NCBI RefSeq assembly: GCF_001194135.2
Contig: NC_069007.1
Location: forward strand, 1,264,274 to 1,328,273
DNA from: Octopus bimaculoides
Lineage: Eukaryota
DNA length: 64,000 nucleotides
Reading direction: 5' to 3'
The notes under the pieces are model-generated. The model did not search any database. It had not been told where the DNA came from and saw nothing but the letters and a program-made list of their open reading frames with translations. The first letter of the stretch is position 1. Each line of letters starts with the position of its first letter. Positions 28,187 to 41,077 of the stretch are shown here, piece after piece. A program made the translations under genes and the position numbers.

Positions 28187-29329
28187 ATATTTATATACGC
28201 ACACATTTATTTATAAACACACACATACGTAGGACTCTTAAGCTCCTATGACCACTTTATAAAGTACGACCAAAGGCGAATTTACAAATACACAAAGAAT
28301 ATATAAATTGTATCGAACTTTGGAAATCATTAGGAAATGCATTAGAAAATTACCAAAACTTATATTTTCCGGTGATTTTGACTGCTTTTGGGGTTAGACG
28401 AAACAACATTTATTGTTATATGATCGAGATAGCTCTTCTGTCGAACTCATACTTCCATACATTCTAGTTAAAGGAAAGTATGTTTGATAGAGAGAGGTGG
28501 AGGAAGAGAGCTCTAAAGAGTGAGAGAGAGAGAGAGAGATACAAAACCATTAGCCAATGCTGGCAGCGGCTTCTCTAATCATTATAGATAAGTGTGAGGA
28601 ATTAAGGCGGAGTGGCTGGAGATTGAATGAAAGCTGGTAGCGAAGAGAGGTTGGTAATTTTGGCTTTGAAAGGTCAGGCCATCATACCAATATGTGATTT
28701 CTCAGGAATTTAAATTGCCATAATGACTCCGAAGTGTCTGACCCTTCGTGTTATGAAGCGGAATAAAAAGGAATCCATCAGGAAATTGAGTGAGAGGTTA
28801 GTTGTCTGAATGACTGAGTGAGAATTTGATTATTATCACTGGTTGAGCAAAGTTAGGGTAATTACTAAAAGAGATATTCTGATTATTCCATGATGGAATC
28901 ATTAGTGGTTGTATATTTGCACAAATCATGTCTTTCTGATTTGTTTCGTCATAAGAAGATTGCCGGTTGTGTTTGCATTTCTTTCTTCCAGAAATTTTTT
29001 TTCTTTATTATTTAACAACTGATGAATTGAACGAGACGAAGATCCGCTTCTGGGGGTCAGAGGCGCCGCTCTGATCACTCCCAATTTCCTGTTCATATAA
29101 CGTCGCGTATATGCAATATATACAATTTCTTCTGCCATTCTGCTCCAAGATATCTCAATACTCAAATTAGATAGATCCGAATTATACAACTGAACTCAAC
29201 TCGATAAGCTATGGAATTCTTCACCATTATAACAATTTATAATGTGCGTGTGTGTCTTTATGGACACATAGATGGGATCTGTTGCTATATACTGTATCGC
29301 CAACGTATATACAAACGAAAGCGGATCAC

Positions 29330-29386
29330 CACGATGGATTTCCGTGCAAGAAAAAGCAGTGAAATATTCTTCAAATGAAACATACG
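29330..29386 (-). CDS. Candidate coding exon 3 (AYVSFEEYFTAFSCTEIHR)
   Basis: Strong acceptor catattttattttcag|, open in phase 1. The donor is weak and ambiguous: G|GTGATC (57 nt, end 29330) or G|GTGAAG (162 nt, end 29225). Both keep phase 1. Confidence 0.45.
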
Positions 29387-29779
29387 CTGAAAATAAAATA
29401 TGTGAGATAAACATGCACACATGCATACATGTATGCATGCATACAGAGATACATACGTCCTAGATCAAGTGGGAATCCTCTCACTCCATGTGTAGGCCGC
29501 TTCTCCTCTTCTCCGGCACAGTATGTCTTAGACAGCATCCATCATCATGTTCTTCCTTTCTTTGGAGTTGGTAGTTTTGGGTTCATTGTAGTTAGCAGCT
29601 GAAATGACCACATAGGGTGGGGGTGTCTTGTTTAATCCCTGTCTGCTCAGTTCGACGAGTTCTATGCGTAACATTTCGTCTATTTCAGAAATACCTGTTG
29701 CAAGGTTACCCAGTATCTTCTCCTTTTCTTTTTATTTAGCTATTGCAGTATGTGAAGTACTTCGTCTGCAACCAGGTCA

Positions 29780-30015
29780 CTCTACAAGGACGTCACTCTC
29801 TCCTGAGGCAGCAGCTGCAGGATGGAAGTAGTCCCGTGGCATTCCTCACACCTGTGGCTGGACGTGATTAAGGAAAATCTCCAGAGGCTTGACTTCACCA
29901 TGGAGAATGCAAAAGGGGTGGCACAGGACAGCCAATGGCGGAGAGGACTGGTAGACATGGTCGGCTCTATGCACGGAGACGCCTGTGGGGACGGTTAGCC
30001 TGGGATGGCCCCAGC
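29780..30015 (+). mobile_element. RTE-clade LINE 3' remnant
   Basis: GWK*SRG followed by LWLDVIKENLQRLDFTMENAKGVAQDSQWRRGLV, matching the RTE C-terminal pattern GRPxxxWxDxIxxDL...AQDRxxWRxxV. Confidence 0.8.
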
Positions 30016-31218
30016 CGATTTGAGCATACAGAGACGGAGAAAGAACGAAAAAGAGAGAAACAGAGAGAGAGAGAAAAAAAGAGAGTGTGAGAGATGGTGG
30101 ATATCTGGCTGCTCATTCTAGCAGGTCGTGCAACGACATAGAAACCGCTTTTTCAATTTACTGCTGAAATGAGTTTGGCATTGTCTGGCTTCTCATCAAT
30201 AAGATTAATTAGAGAATAATAGTTCATTAAACCAGCTAAAATGAAACAATTGACCCCGTTGTAGAGCAGAGATTGCTGTCTTTATACTTCATTAAAGACC
30301 TGCTTACATGACATCAATCCAAACACAATGTTTATGTGGAGACAGACAATGGTGAGAGTTAGTCAAGCGTAAGACAAAATGTCTTACAGTATAATACGAA
30401 GATCTTTTCTGTTGGGAGTTCAAATGAAATTAGTATAAACTGCTCTTGTCATGCTTTGGGAGCCCATAAACTCCATATTGGTTGATTCGTGGAACTGCTG
30501 AGAGCGTGGAACGAAATGCTTTTTGGTATTTAAGGCGGCTTTTTTATGCAATGGGTGCTGCGATTAAACCTTTAACATCTCAATTCGTCTCATCCGGCCC
30601 AGATATTCTACCTACTCTAGTAATAAACAATCACATCATCACAATCATGAAGCTATGAGATGATGAAATCGAGTACGATTAATTCAAAGCAATGTGAATA
30701 AATAAATATTGCTGTTGACAGATTAATCAGGACCATGAAGGGTTTAACTATCACCCACTTTTATACCCTAATCCGCTCGTTGCGTACAAATGCTGTGTCT
30801 TAATATAAAAATGAACAACCAATAATATCTGGTATTTCTTTGCATCACATGTATGTTTGTGTTTTTGTCCTTATAATTGATTGAATGGTTCTCATCAGAA
30901 CTGAATCAAGTCTATATTAGGTGCTCAACGCCATCAGGATCTGGGTTTAACTGGGTTTAACTGTGTGAGATGAAAAGCAATGAAATCAGGACGGATAGAG
31001 AACACAGGCTGCAGGGTTTCTCAATAGACATAAACTATTTGTACATTGATTGCATAGTCGTTCATTCCTTCGAGAATGCCTCTGTATCGACCACGAACCC
31101 TATAACAACACATGCAGCAGGTGAAGGCCTGGACAAGAGTTCACAGAATAAATAACTACCTGTGGCACATAATCTTTGACTTGGCACGGTATATATACGC
31201 ATAACCTCTCACACACAC

Positions 31219-31292
<74 letters not shown>

Positions 31293-31494
31293 ATACGTAT
31301 GTACAAATGTATTTATACATTTAAGTTTGTATGTACGTATGAATATCAATTATGTATAAATGTATGTATGGAAATGGATCCGTGAAGTTTGGAGTCTTCC
31401 AGCAGAAGTATATATATAAGTTTATATATATATATATGTCTGTGTGCGTATACATACACACACATACACACGCATATATATGTATATATGGCAG

Positions 31495-31680
31495 AATATA
31501 CAAATAATAACAACAGACGAGGACAGGTGGTGTAAATAACAAAAGTATATATTAGTATGACGCTCGGGAATACGGAAAGTCTTTGACGTTTCGAGCTACG
31601 CTCTTCAACAGAAAGAATACGGAGACAAGGAGAAAAACACGGAGAAAAAAAAAATTGAATAGTGTTCAGTCAACGGTCAA
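31495..31680 (-). mobile_element. Penelope-type terminal (pLTR-like) repeat with a hammerhead-like motif; partial copy at 3190-3250
   Basis: About 55 nt (taacaacagacgaggacaggtggtgtaaataacaaaagtatatattagtat) is identical at about 3198 and 31508. The minus strand holds a type I hammerhead-like fold at 31580-31616. Confidence 0.55.
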
Positions 31681-31681
31681 T

Positions 31682-31763
<82 letters not shown>

Positions 31764-31980
31764 CATACAGACGAGCAAATAAACACACACACAAGTATAT
31801 ACACCTGTATATAAATATATCTAAGTATGTTCGTGCGTGTGTGTGTGAACGTGTATTCAATTAGCTATCGGATATATATGTTCGTCAAAAGATAACAGTC
31901 TGCTATCAAAAACTCATACGGCATGCATACATAAATAGATACTTCTGTATATACATACATACATACATACATATATATGT

Positions 31981-32062
<82 letters not shown>

Positions 32063-33773
32063 AAAAGACAAAAACAGAAGTATAAAACCATTCACAATAT
32101 CATCACATAATTCTTAGCACAAACATATCTTCCTTGTGTCTTCTTCTTTCAACGTTGTTTAATAAATAGGTGGCTTCTTTTGGTCTTCCCATAATTTTAA
32201 CAACACACGTAGGAATTCGTAATAGGCTGTGTCAATGAGAATGAGATTTAACAAGCGAACAAACATTAGCAGCAAACAAAAACAAATAAACTCATTATTA
32301 TTATTATTGTCATCATTATTATTATTATGTGTCTACCAAACTTGTATGTGTTTCTATGTTGGAATGTGTGTGAGTGTGTGTGCGTGCCCGCACGTGTTTA
32401 TTCGTTTGAAGATGAAGAAAAAGTATTACTTCGTGATTCGAATAAATAAACTCTACTGTGCCTATTGAGTACGCTTTGCCCTTATTTCAACAAGTAGGCA
32501 CGCATTTACGCGCACCCCCTCCTCCAACACAGTCCTCATATATTATATGTATATTTATTAGATTATACGTGCGTGTATATATAGATATACATACATACAA
32601 ACATAAAAATCACATATATACATATACATGCGTATATATATATACATACATACATATNNNNNNNNNNACATATACATACATACATATACATACATATATA
32701 TACATATATATATATATGTATGTGGGCGTGTGTGCATGTGTGTATATGCATATATGCGTATATATACATATATATATATATATATATTATACGGATGTGG
32801 AATTATAAAGATATATACGCTATAACCTCACACGCACTCACGTTGTTATTTAAGCTTATATATTTGTATGTTACTGCTAAACTCCATCTCTCACCCCCCC
32901 CCCCCNNNNNNNNNNNNNNNNNNNNNNNNNNNNNNNNNNNNNNNNNNNNNNNNNNNNNNNNNNNNNNNNNNNNNNNNNNNNNNNNNNNNNNNNNNNNNNN
33001 NNNNNNNNNNNNNNNNNNNNNNNNNNNNNNNNNNNNNNNNNNNNNNNNNNNNNNNNNNNNNNNNNNNNNNNNNNNNNNNNNNNNNNNNNNNNNNNNNNNN
33101 NNNNNNNNNNNNNNNNNNNNNNNNNNNNNNNNNNNNNNNNNNNNNNNNNNNNNNNNNNNNNNNNNNNNNNNNNNNNNNNNNNNNNNNNNNNNNNNNNNNN
33201 NNNNNNNNNNNNNNNNNNNNNNNNNNNNNNNNNNNNNNNNNNNNNNNNNNNNNNNNNNNNNNNNNNNNNNNNNNNNNNNNNNNNNNNNNNNNNNNNNNNN
33301 NNNNNNNNNNNNNNNNNNNNNNNNNNNNNNNNNNNNNNNNNNNNNNNNNNNNNNNNNNNNNNNNNNNNNNNNNNNNNNNNNNNNNNNNNNNNNNNNNNNN
33401 NNNNNNNNNNNNNNNNNNNNNNNNNNNNNNNNNNNNNNNNNNNNNNNNNNNNNNNNNNNNNNNNNNNNNNNNNNNNNNNNNNNNNNNNNNNNNNNNNNNN
33501 NNNNNNNNNNNNNNNNNNNNNNNNNNNNNNNNNNNNNNNNNNNNNNNNNNNNNNNNNNNNNNNNNNNNNNNNNNNNNNNNNNNNNNNNNNNNNNNNNNNN
33601 NNNNNNNNNNNNNNNNNNNNNNNNNNNNNNNNNNNNNNNNNNNNNNNNNNNNNNNNNNNNNNNNNNNNNNNNNNNNNNNNNNNNNNNNNNNNNNNNNNNN
33701 NNNNNNNNNNNNNNNNNNNNNNNNNNNNNNNNNNNNNNNNNNNNNNNNNNNNNNNNNNNNNNNNNNNNNNNNN

Positions 33774-33813
<40 letters not shown>

Positions 33814-34432
33814 GTGTATGATGTTTAGGTGAATATTATTTTCCTCATCTGATTTAAGTTCTTCGTGTCTAATATCTGTTGGCTGAAAATATCCATCGAA
33901 GTCACATAACGAAAGCCCTATTGGCTAAAACCACATATTATAACGAATCATATTTGTGTCTATTCATATTTCTTCCCTTATGGAAGACACACATTCATTA
34001 CTTTAATTCGATTTGAAAGATATTAAGTAGGTTTTTTTTGTGTGTGCTTCGTTTTCCTACAAGACTATGAATTTTACAGACTTATACCACCATATATATA
34101 TATATTAAAACAGTAGGGTAAAAAAAATTGGATATTAATATTAATTTAATGCCAGGGAACATGCACATTAATAGAATCAAGGAGATTCAGAAACATATCT
34201 GAGATCTCAAAGGATTATTGTATATATTATTATTATTCAGGTTACTGCATGGAATCGAACTCGGAATCTTGGGGTGCTCTTAACCACTACGCCATATGTC
34301 TGTGGGCATATTGTTTTACCATGACAAAAGTGGTGTTGAACTGCTAATTGAAATTTAGCTATGCAGGATCGAATCCACCCCATTGCTTGCATGAAATCAC
34401 AACATATATATATATAATATTACATATATACG

Positions 34433-34476
<44 letters not shown>

Positions 34477-35078
34477 TATGAATCTACAGTGTAAAGATTC
34501 CACTCACAACTCACCAGATAGTCAGATATCTAAATATCAATCGGTGGATACAAGGAAAAGGAGATCACGCGAAAATGTAGATTCTCGTGCCGCCATTTTG
34601 TTCAAATAGGAAATGCAAAATTACACGACATCGCCAATGTGTGTGTGAGTGTGTGAATGCGTGTGGCTTTGTTTTTTTTATTGTTATTGTATATGCATAA
34701 ATGTGTACGAATGGTCCATTATACGTATACCTGAGTATGTCCATCACCCATATCTGTATATGTTAGTATGAGCGTGTATATATTTTTTTACGTTTGTTTC
34801 TTCTTTCTTTCCCAAATCAATGTATGTGTCGTCATTTACACCAGAGTTAATTATCAAAATTGATTTCCATTGTGAGCTGAACTCGTCATTCTAAAACCTA
34901 TTTCCTATATTAATGCATTTACATTGAAACAGCAGGAGATGAACGTAAACTTGTTGCTGAGACGTGGATCTTGGTCTCCAAAGACAAACACCTACACGCA
35001 AACACACACACACAGACGCACATACACAGACATAACAATACACACACACACACATATATATGTATACATATCATTAGG

Positions 35079-35127
<49 letters not shown>

Positions 35128-35133
35128 AATATA

Positions 35134-35168
<35 letters not shown>

Positions 35169-35173
<5 letters not shown>

Positions 35174-35270
35174 ATAGTAATATATATGTATGTATATACA
35201 CATATATATATATATATATATTTGTATATATATATATAAATAAATATATATATGTGTGTGTATAGATATG

Positions 35271-35309
<39 letters not shown>

Positions 35310-35470
35310 GATATAGTAATATATATGTATGTATATACGTATATATATTTGTATATATATATATATATATATATAACTAAATATATATATGTTTGTGTAT
35401 AGATATGTATACATATATATATATATATGATATAGTAAGATATATGTATGTATATACATATATATATTTG

Positions 35471-35504
<34 letters not shown>

Positions 35505-35530
35505 TATATATGTTTATGTATAGATATGTA

Positions 35531-35568
<38 letters not shown>
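35169..35568. repeat. About 120-140 bp minisatellite built from (TA)n tracts, 3 copies
   Basis: The landmarks atgatatagtaa, tttgtata and tatagatatgta recur in the same order near 35170, 35310 and 35428. Confidence 0.8.
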
Positions 35569-35654
35569 NNNNNNNNNNNNNNNNNNNNNNNNNNNNNNNN
35601 NNNNNNNNNNNNNNNNNNNNNNNNNNNNNNNNNNNNNNNNNNNNNNNNNNNNNN

Positions 35655-35724
<70 letters not shown>

Positions 35725-37939
35725 AGCACCCACACTAATACACACAAACACGCTGACGCACACGCGCAGAGGTACATTGCTTATTGATTCAACTATTGTT
35801 GTATTATATTTGCTTGGTGCAATTTTTCAGTCATTGATCTAATTTAACAATAGAATACAATAGAATGTTCTGGAATGACCATTCCTCCCATCGCAACACA
35901 TTTAATTCTCAGGAGCCATTTAAATTTAACAAGTTATATTTACATAAATTACAATACAAAGATGGCGAGAAGCGTCTAGTTCGTTGCAACTTCAGATTAT
36001 CTCCTGCGGCGTGTTGCGGTTTAATGATAATGTTATACTTGTAACGCAGCTAACTATATTTAGCAAAAAGTTTTCACACTGACAGTCTCAATCTCTCTCT
36101 CTCTCTCTCTCTCTCNNNNNNNNNNNNNNNNNNNNNNNNNNNNNNNNNNNNNNNNNNNNNNNNNNNNNNNNNNNNNNNNNNNNNNNNNNNNNNNNNNNNN
36201 NNNNNNNNNNNNNNNGTTAAAACAGGGGCCAACTGATGAAGGGATTGCTCTTTATATTGCCCGTCTCATTTCTCTATTTGTTTTCTTTCGTCGTTCGAAA
36301 AAAAGTTCGTTTTCCATATTTTTGTTTTTTCTGTTCTTGTTTTTCATTTTGTGTGTGAGGGGAAGAGAGGGGGAGAATTAGAGAATAGGTACCTGTTTAT
36401 ACTAATATTTATAGTTTTACACACTTGCATTTCGACTGTTAAAACACACACACATCCATACAGACATTTGTACAAACACAATAAATTTAACGACTAGATC
36501 TTCCAATGTGTATAACAACGCAATCGTCAAACATGGTACTTCAGCACACGACCAAATACCACACTCGGAAAACAAGAAGAAATTTCTTGTGGTTTGCTAG
36601 AAGAACTCCGAAATATGTAAAAAACTAATGTGTTGATGCCGATAACAATCCTGTGAGAATATTAATTAGCGACAGTCTGTAAAATAGAAAATAATAATAA
36701 TACTAAATTATAGCAATGATGTTGACATATTTAATTGACCCTGATATTTTGAATTAAGTCCTCCCTTTATAAATGGTTTAAAGGGGAAAAAGAAGTCTCC
36801 TTTATGTTGATGTGCTGAATCTTTCCCTCATACTTGTATTAATTTGTATGTTGAAGGGTATAATTTAGTTATGCGGGTGCCTGTTCCTTAGGCTGTCATT
36901 GCCAAGTTAATATATCATAGGTGTGAGAATTACATAAAGTCTTGTGATGCATGTAGATTGATTGTTTTGTCACTAATCTAAATGCAGCCAACATATGAAC
37001 ATTTCGTTTGCGTTGTCAGCTGATATTTGCAGTTCAACGTTGTTACGATCACTATCTTAAATGCATAGGCAATATTCTTGTATTTATGTAATTGAATATG
37101 CAAGTGCAGGGATGGACTTTGATTCAGACGTTGATGTTTGATTCGAAGTGAGGTTGTTATATTGTTTACAGCTCACATAACGAATCTGTATATTCCTGTT
37201 TGAGTCTGGCGAAATTTATCAGTAGTGAATGGGCTGTTCAATATTTTGGTATTCCTTATAAATCATGACGGATAAATCAAGATCTTTTAATTTTCTAACG
37301 GACTTCTTACTAGGAAAAGGCTTCCATTGTTTCCATGGAATATGAACGAATAGTACAGAATGTTAAGATTATGTTTCTGCAGGTTAAGAGCTCTGTGCAC
37401 TGTGTTTTTTAAACGTTTCTTTTGAAGATGTTACTTTGGATGGCAAAGTTATTGGATACACCCTTTGTGATTTTCAAAAAGATGTTNNNNNNNNNNNNNN
37501 NNNNNNNNNNNNNNNNNNNNNNNNNNNNNNNNNNNNNNNNNNNNNNNNNNNNNNNNNNNNNNNNNNNNNNNNNNNNNNNNNNNNNNNNNNNNNNNNNNNN
37601 NNNNNNNNNNNNNNNNNNNNNNNNNNNNNNNNNNNNNNNNNNNNNNNNNNNNNNNNNNNTTTTTTTTTTGATAAAGTGATTACTTCAAAAAGAAATATTT
37701 CAGATTGAAAATGAGAAGTAGTCGATACTTGTGATATAACGGTGAAACTTCCTTTTGTACAGTAAAATCGTTTAACATCAGTGTAAAAAAGGATTCGAAT
37801 ACATACAAAATCGACAGAGATTTTGTTTTAGTAACAAAATCCTCCATCAATCCAATTAATCCTTTGTTGTTCAACTTTTACTTGAAGCATTCGTTCAACA
37901 AGGGGGGGGGGCATCGGAGGGGGTTTTACGCTGAAGTTC

Positions 37940-38330
37940 TACGTCACTAAAAACGGATATAGTTTCTACTTACACCAACTTCACAACTCTTGACCAAGAT
38001 CCCCAAATGCACTTTAATTGCTTCCAGTGCTATTGCAATAACATGAATTGCATTAAATTCATTCTTCGAAAAACCAAGTCGTTTCATTACAACATCCATG
38101 AAATTTGGAATGCAGCTTTTAAGGAAATAAAGAACTATTCTAAATATACAAACAATGTGTTCCTTCTTCGTTGAGTATTATCAATCAAATTCAATTCGTC
38201 TCCATGCTCCTCTTCAACATTTTTCTAAAGTATTTCACAAACAAATGATAGGAAAATTGCTCCAAGGGCTTTAATGGCATTGCTAATGCTTCAGTCTTTC
38301 TTCAATGTAAGAATATTTTGCGATAAGTAC
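37940..38330 (-). mobile_element. hAT-superfamily transposase remnant
   Basis: Minus-strand EIL*KNVEEEHGDELNLIDNTQRRRNTLFVYLE*F resembles the hAT LQ..V....LILDxxTRWNS..ML.RF block. It is followed by FSKNEFNAIHVIAIALEAIK. Confidence 0.7.
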
Positions 38331-38799
38331 TTTTTCACTATGTTTCGGTTTGTCAGATAAAATCCATTCGTTTCTTTCCAATGGTATTTGAATTATTACA
38401 AAAAAAAAAAACTTTGTTATCGTTGTGTTTTATGGGTTTTTGTAGCTACATTCAGCTTCTACGACTGTTGTTTATCATTATAGAAATTTCGGTAGAGTTT
38501 ACGTTTTTTAAGATACATCCTGATGGAGTGGAGCATTTTCGACTCCTGCCTCCCGTTGCACTTAATCAAGGTTCCAAAGCTTCCAACGCAGCTCACAGAG
38601 AACGGAAGAGACGTTGGTACTGAAGCAACCACCCATAAATAGTTTCTGCGCTACAAAAATCGGAATTTCAACCTCACAGGTTCTTAATTAACCTCAGAAA
38701 TTGTTAATTAATCTGATAGGTTGTTAATTAACCTCATGAACCTGTTGATTTCAATAAAGATTGATTGAACATGCTCATTAGCAAGCTTCCACGCCAGTC

Positions 38800-39030
38800 C
38801 ACATGCGAATTGGTGCAGCATATGAAGTCTCATTATAACGTCACCCGTCACCTTTGCCTGATGTTTGAGGCCTCCTAATTTGATATGGTTACACAGTGTT
38901 CTTCTTCCAGCTCCCACCTCCTAAGTTCATGGGACCAAAAATGCTATTCAAGACCTTGGTTAGTTATAGTTCACCCAACATATTTTCTTGATATAGGGCC
39001 TTCTCAGAATCACGATTTCCGGTCACACTC
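38800..39030 (-). mobile_element. Highly degenerate mariner transposase fragment
   Basis: Minus-strand FWSHELRR (WVPHEL-like) followed by KVTGDVIMRLH (VTGDExWxH-like). Confidence 0.5.
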
Positions 39031-39595
39031 AAACCGTCTAAGAGGTTTATTTTTTAACAAGATTGAGTGGCTGAAAACTTGACTTCTTTTTCGAATCATG
39101 AACCAGTGAGATCTGACGTGAAGTCACTGACGGGCTGCTGGAATATTTGCAATAAGCCATGAACAATGAAAGAGAACGTATTATTGATAGATTTGTTCAA
39201 TTTTAATGGAAAATAAAGATCGATGTAATTGGAAAAACCCGAATGCATTTATCTGATAATCCAATACAATTTGTCACCCAATTGCATTATTATTACTACT
39301 AAAGTTAGTAACTTCACAAACTATTTTGTGTTCACTTACCGCGTGAATAACTTTAGAAACATCTCTTTGTTGCAATGTTTATTAGTTGTATTAATTTCAT
39401 CATAAATTGTGGTTATTCCGAAGGTTTTAGAACTTAACAGATGATTGTAGACTTACATTCAAGTTTTCGATTATACAACAAAAAAATTCTTTCACAGAAA
39501 TCCTAGTTGTTTTTTTTTTTTTTTCAGAATTACTTTTTCTCTTAGTAATTTCACTTATTAGATTATTTTTTCACATCCCATTGACGTTAAATTAC

Positions 39596-39748
39596 CTTTC
39601 TTAAATAGGAACCATTCGTTAGAGAGAACGAAGCCAGTATACGCAAACGTTGTACTAGTAAAATTAGTTTTAGCTGTAGCATTCATGAAAATTCTATCAA
39701 TTGAATGTAAATTGGATATGATTCTATCTATAGTTCCGGAATGTTTCT
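39596..39748 (-). CDS. Candidate coding exon 2 (EKHSGTIDRIISNLHSIDRIFMNATAKTNFTSTTFAYTGFVLSNEWFLFKK)
   Basis: Acceptor gttaacttctttatag|, donor AAG|GTAATT; 153 nt, phase 1-1, no stops. Contains N-x-T sequons (NAT, NFT). Confidence 0.5.
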
Positions 39749-40083
39749 CTATAAAGAAGTTAACTCCTCTTGGTGAAGTCTTTTCGAAAGAGGCACGTCC
39801 ATTTGAATTTTAATAGTTTCTTTGAAATTGTCTTCGAGCAGGATGTTTCAATGACAGGAAAGACCAATTTCAAATAATCGATTTATTCTAAGATGATATT
39901 GCAATTCAGAATGGTGGGCTAAAATGTTCATAGACTCTCTTTAAAGGAGTGACGTTACAGCTGTGGAATCTTGCATACATTAATTTCTAAATCTTATTCA
40001 TAATTGTATTGTTTCATTCCAGAAAAATTGACACCTTAATTTTCAAAGAAAATTTCAAATATAACTAATAGCAACTTCTGAAA

Positions 40084-40555
40084 CTGGACAACTTTCGGTA
40101 TCTTGGTGTTATCAAATATCTGCAGGAAAAGGGTTTAGGCCCCCAAGGACATTCATGGTCACATGGTTGCTACATTAGTGGACGATGCTCTGAATTCGGT
40201 TGAAAAATGGAATGTTTGACAGATGACGCAATGTCTGGACATTCTACAACTGCTACCGGCGAGGAAAACTTTGATCGCGTTCACCCCATGCTAATCGATG
40301 ACAGGCGATTGATCATAAACCAAACAGCGAATTCTATTAGCAAATCCTGTGTGAGTTAAGAATACTCTGCACAGTTAACTTGGCATGACGAAGGCTTCTG
40401 GTCGGCGGATGCGTCGTCTTCTGACACATGGGCAATGCGCACCAAGTTCATCATATCTCGGGAAAATCTGACAGTTTGGGAGGCAGATCAAGTTGGTTTC
40501 CTTGAAACTTTCCTGAGTCAATTTGTGTAATGGGTTCATTTCATTGAGCCATGGG
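40084..40555 (+). mobile_element. Mariner (DD34D-type) transposase N-terminal remnant
   Basis: GVIKYLQEKGLGPKDIHGHMVATL, DDAMSGHSTTATGEENFDRVHPMLIDDRRLIINQTANSIS, LGMTKAS, SRENLTVWEADQVGFLETFL and WVHFIEP. These are the mariner HTH region and the start of the catalytic domain. Confidence 0.9.
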
Positions 40556-40611
40556 GATCAAAATCGCTGTCAATTTGACACCATAAACAGACAGACATAT
40601 ACGCATATGAA

Positions 40612-40955
40612 GGTACATGGCTCAGTGGTTAGAGCGTCGAGCTTAAGATTGTGACGTTGTGAGTTCGATTCTCGGACCGGGCTACGTGCTGTGTTCTTGA
40701 GCAAGACACTTTATTTCACGTTGCCCCAGTTAACTCTGCTGTAGAAATGAATTGCGACATCACTGGTGATTAACATCAAAAGTTGTTAATTAAGCGCACA
40801 AGCCTTTGCTTTTCCCTTGGATAGCATTAGTGGTGAGGAGAGGGGAGACTGGTATGCATGGCCGACTGCTGGCCTTCTTCAAACTACCTTGCCCGGATTT
40901 CTGCGTCGAAGGGTAACTTTCTAGGTACAATCCCATGGTCATTAATGGCCAAAGG
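40612..40955 (+). mobile_element. tRNA-derived SINE (family D)
   Basis: A-box tggctcagtggttagagcg and B-box gagttcgattctc, then the CORE/V-like segment gtgttcttgagcaagacacttta. Confidence 0.85.
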
Positions 40956-41038
40956 GGGGGTCTCCTCTCCTCTCTCTCTCTCTATATATAATATATGTAA
41001 ACATATTTATGTATATAAATGTCTATATATATATGTAT

Positions 41039-41077
<39 letters not shown>

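Noticed and set aside
36229-36262. ctgatgaaggg...ccc hammerhead-like start
   Set aside because: The GAAA half is missing; at most a truncated Penelope-type relic next to a gap.
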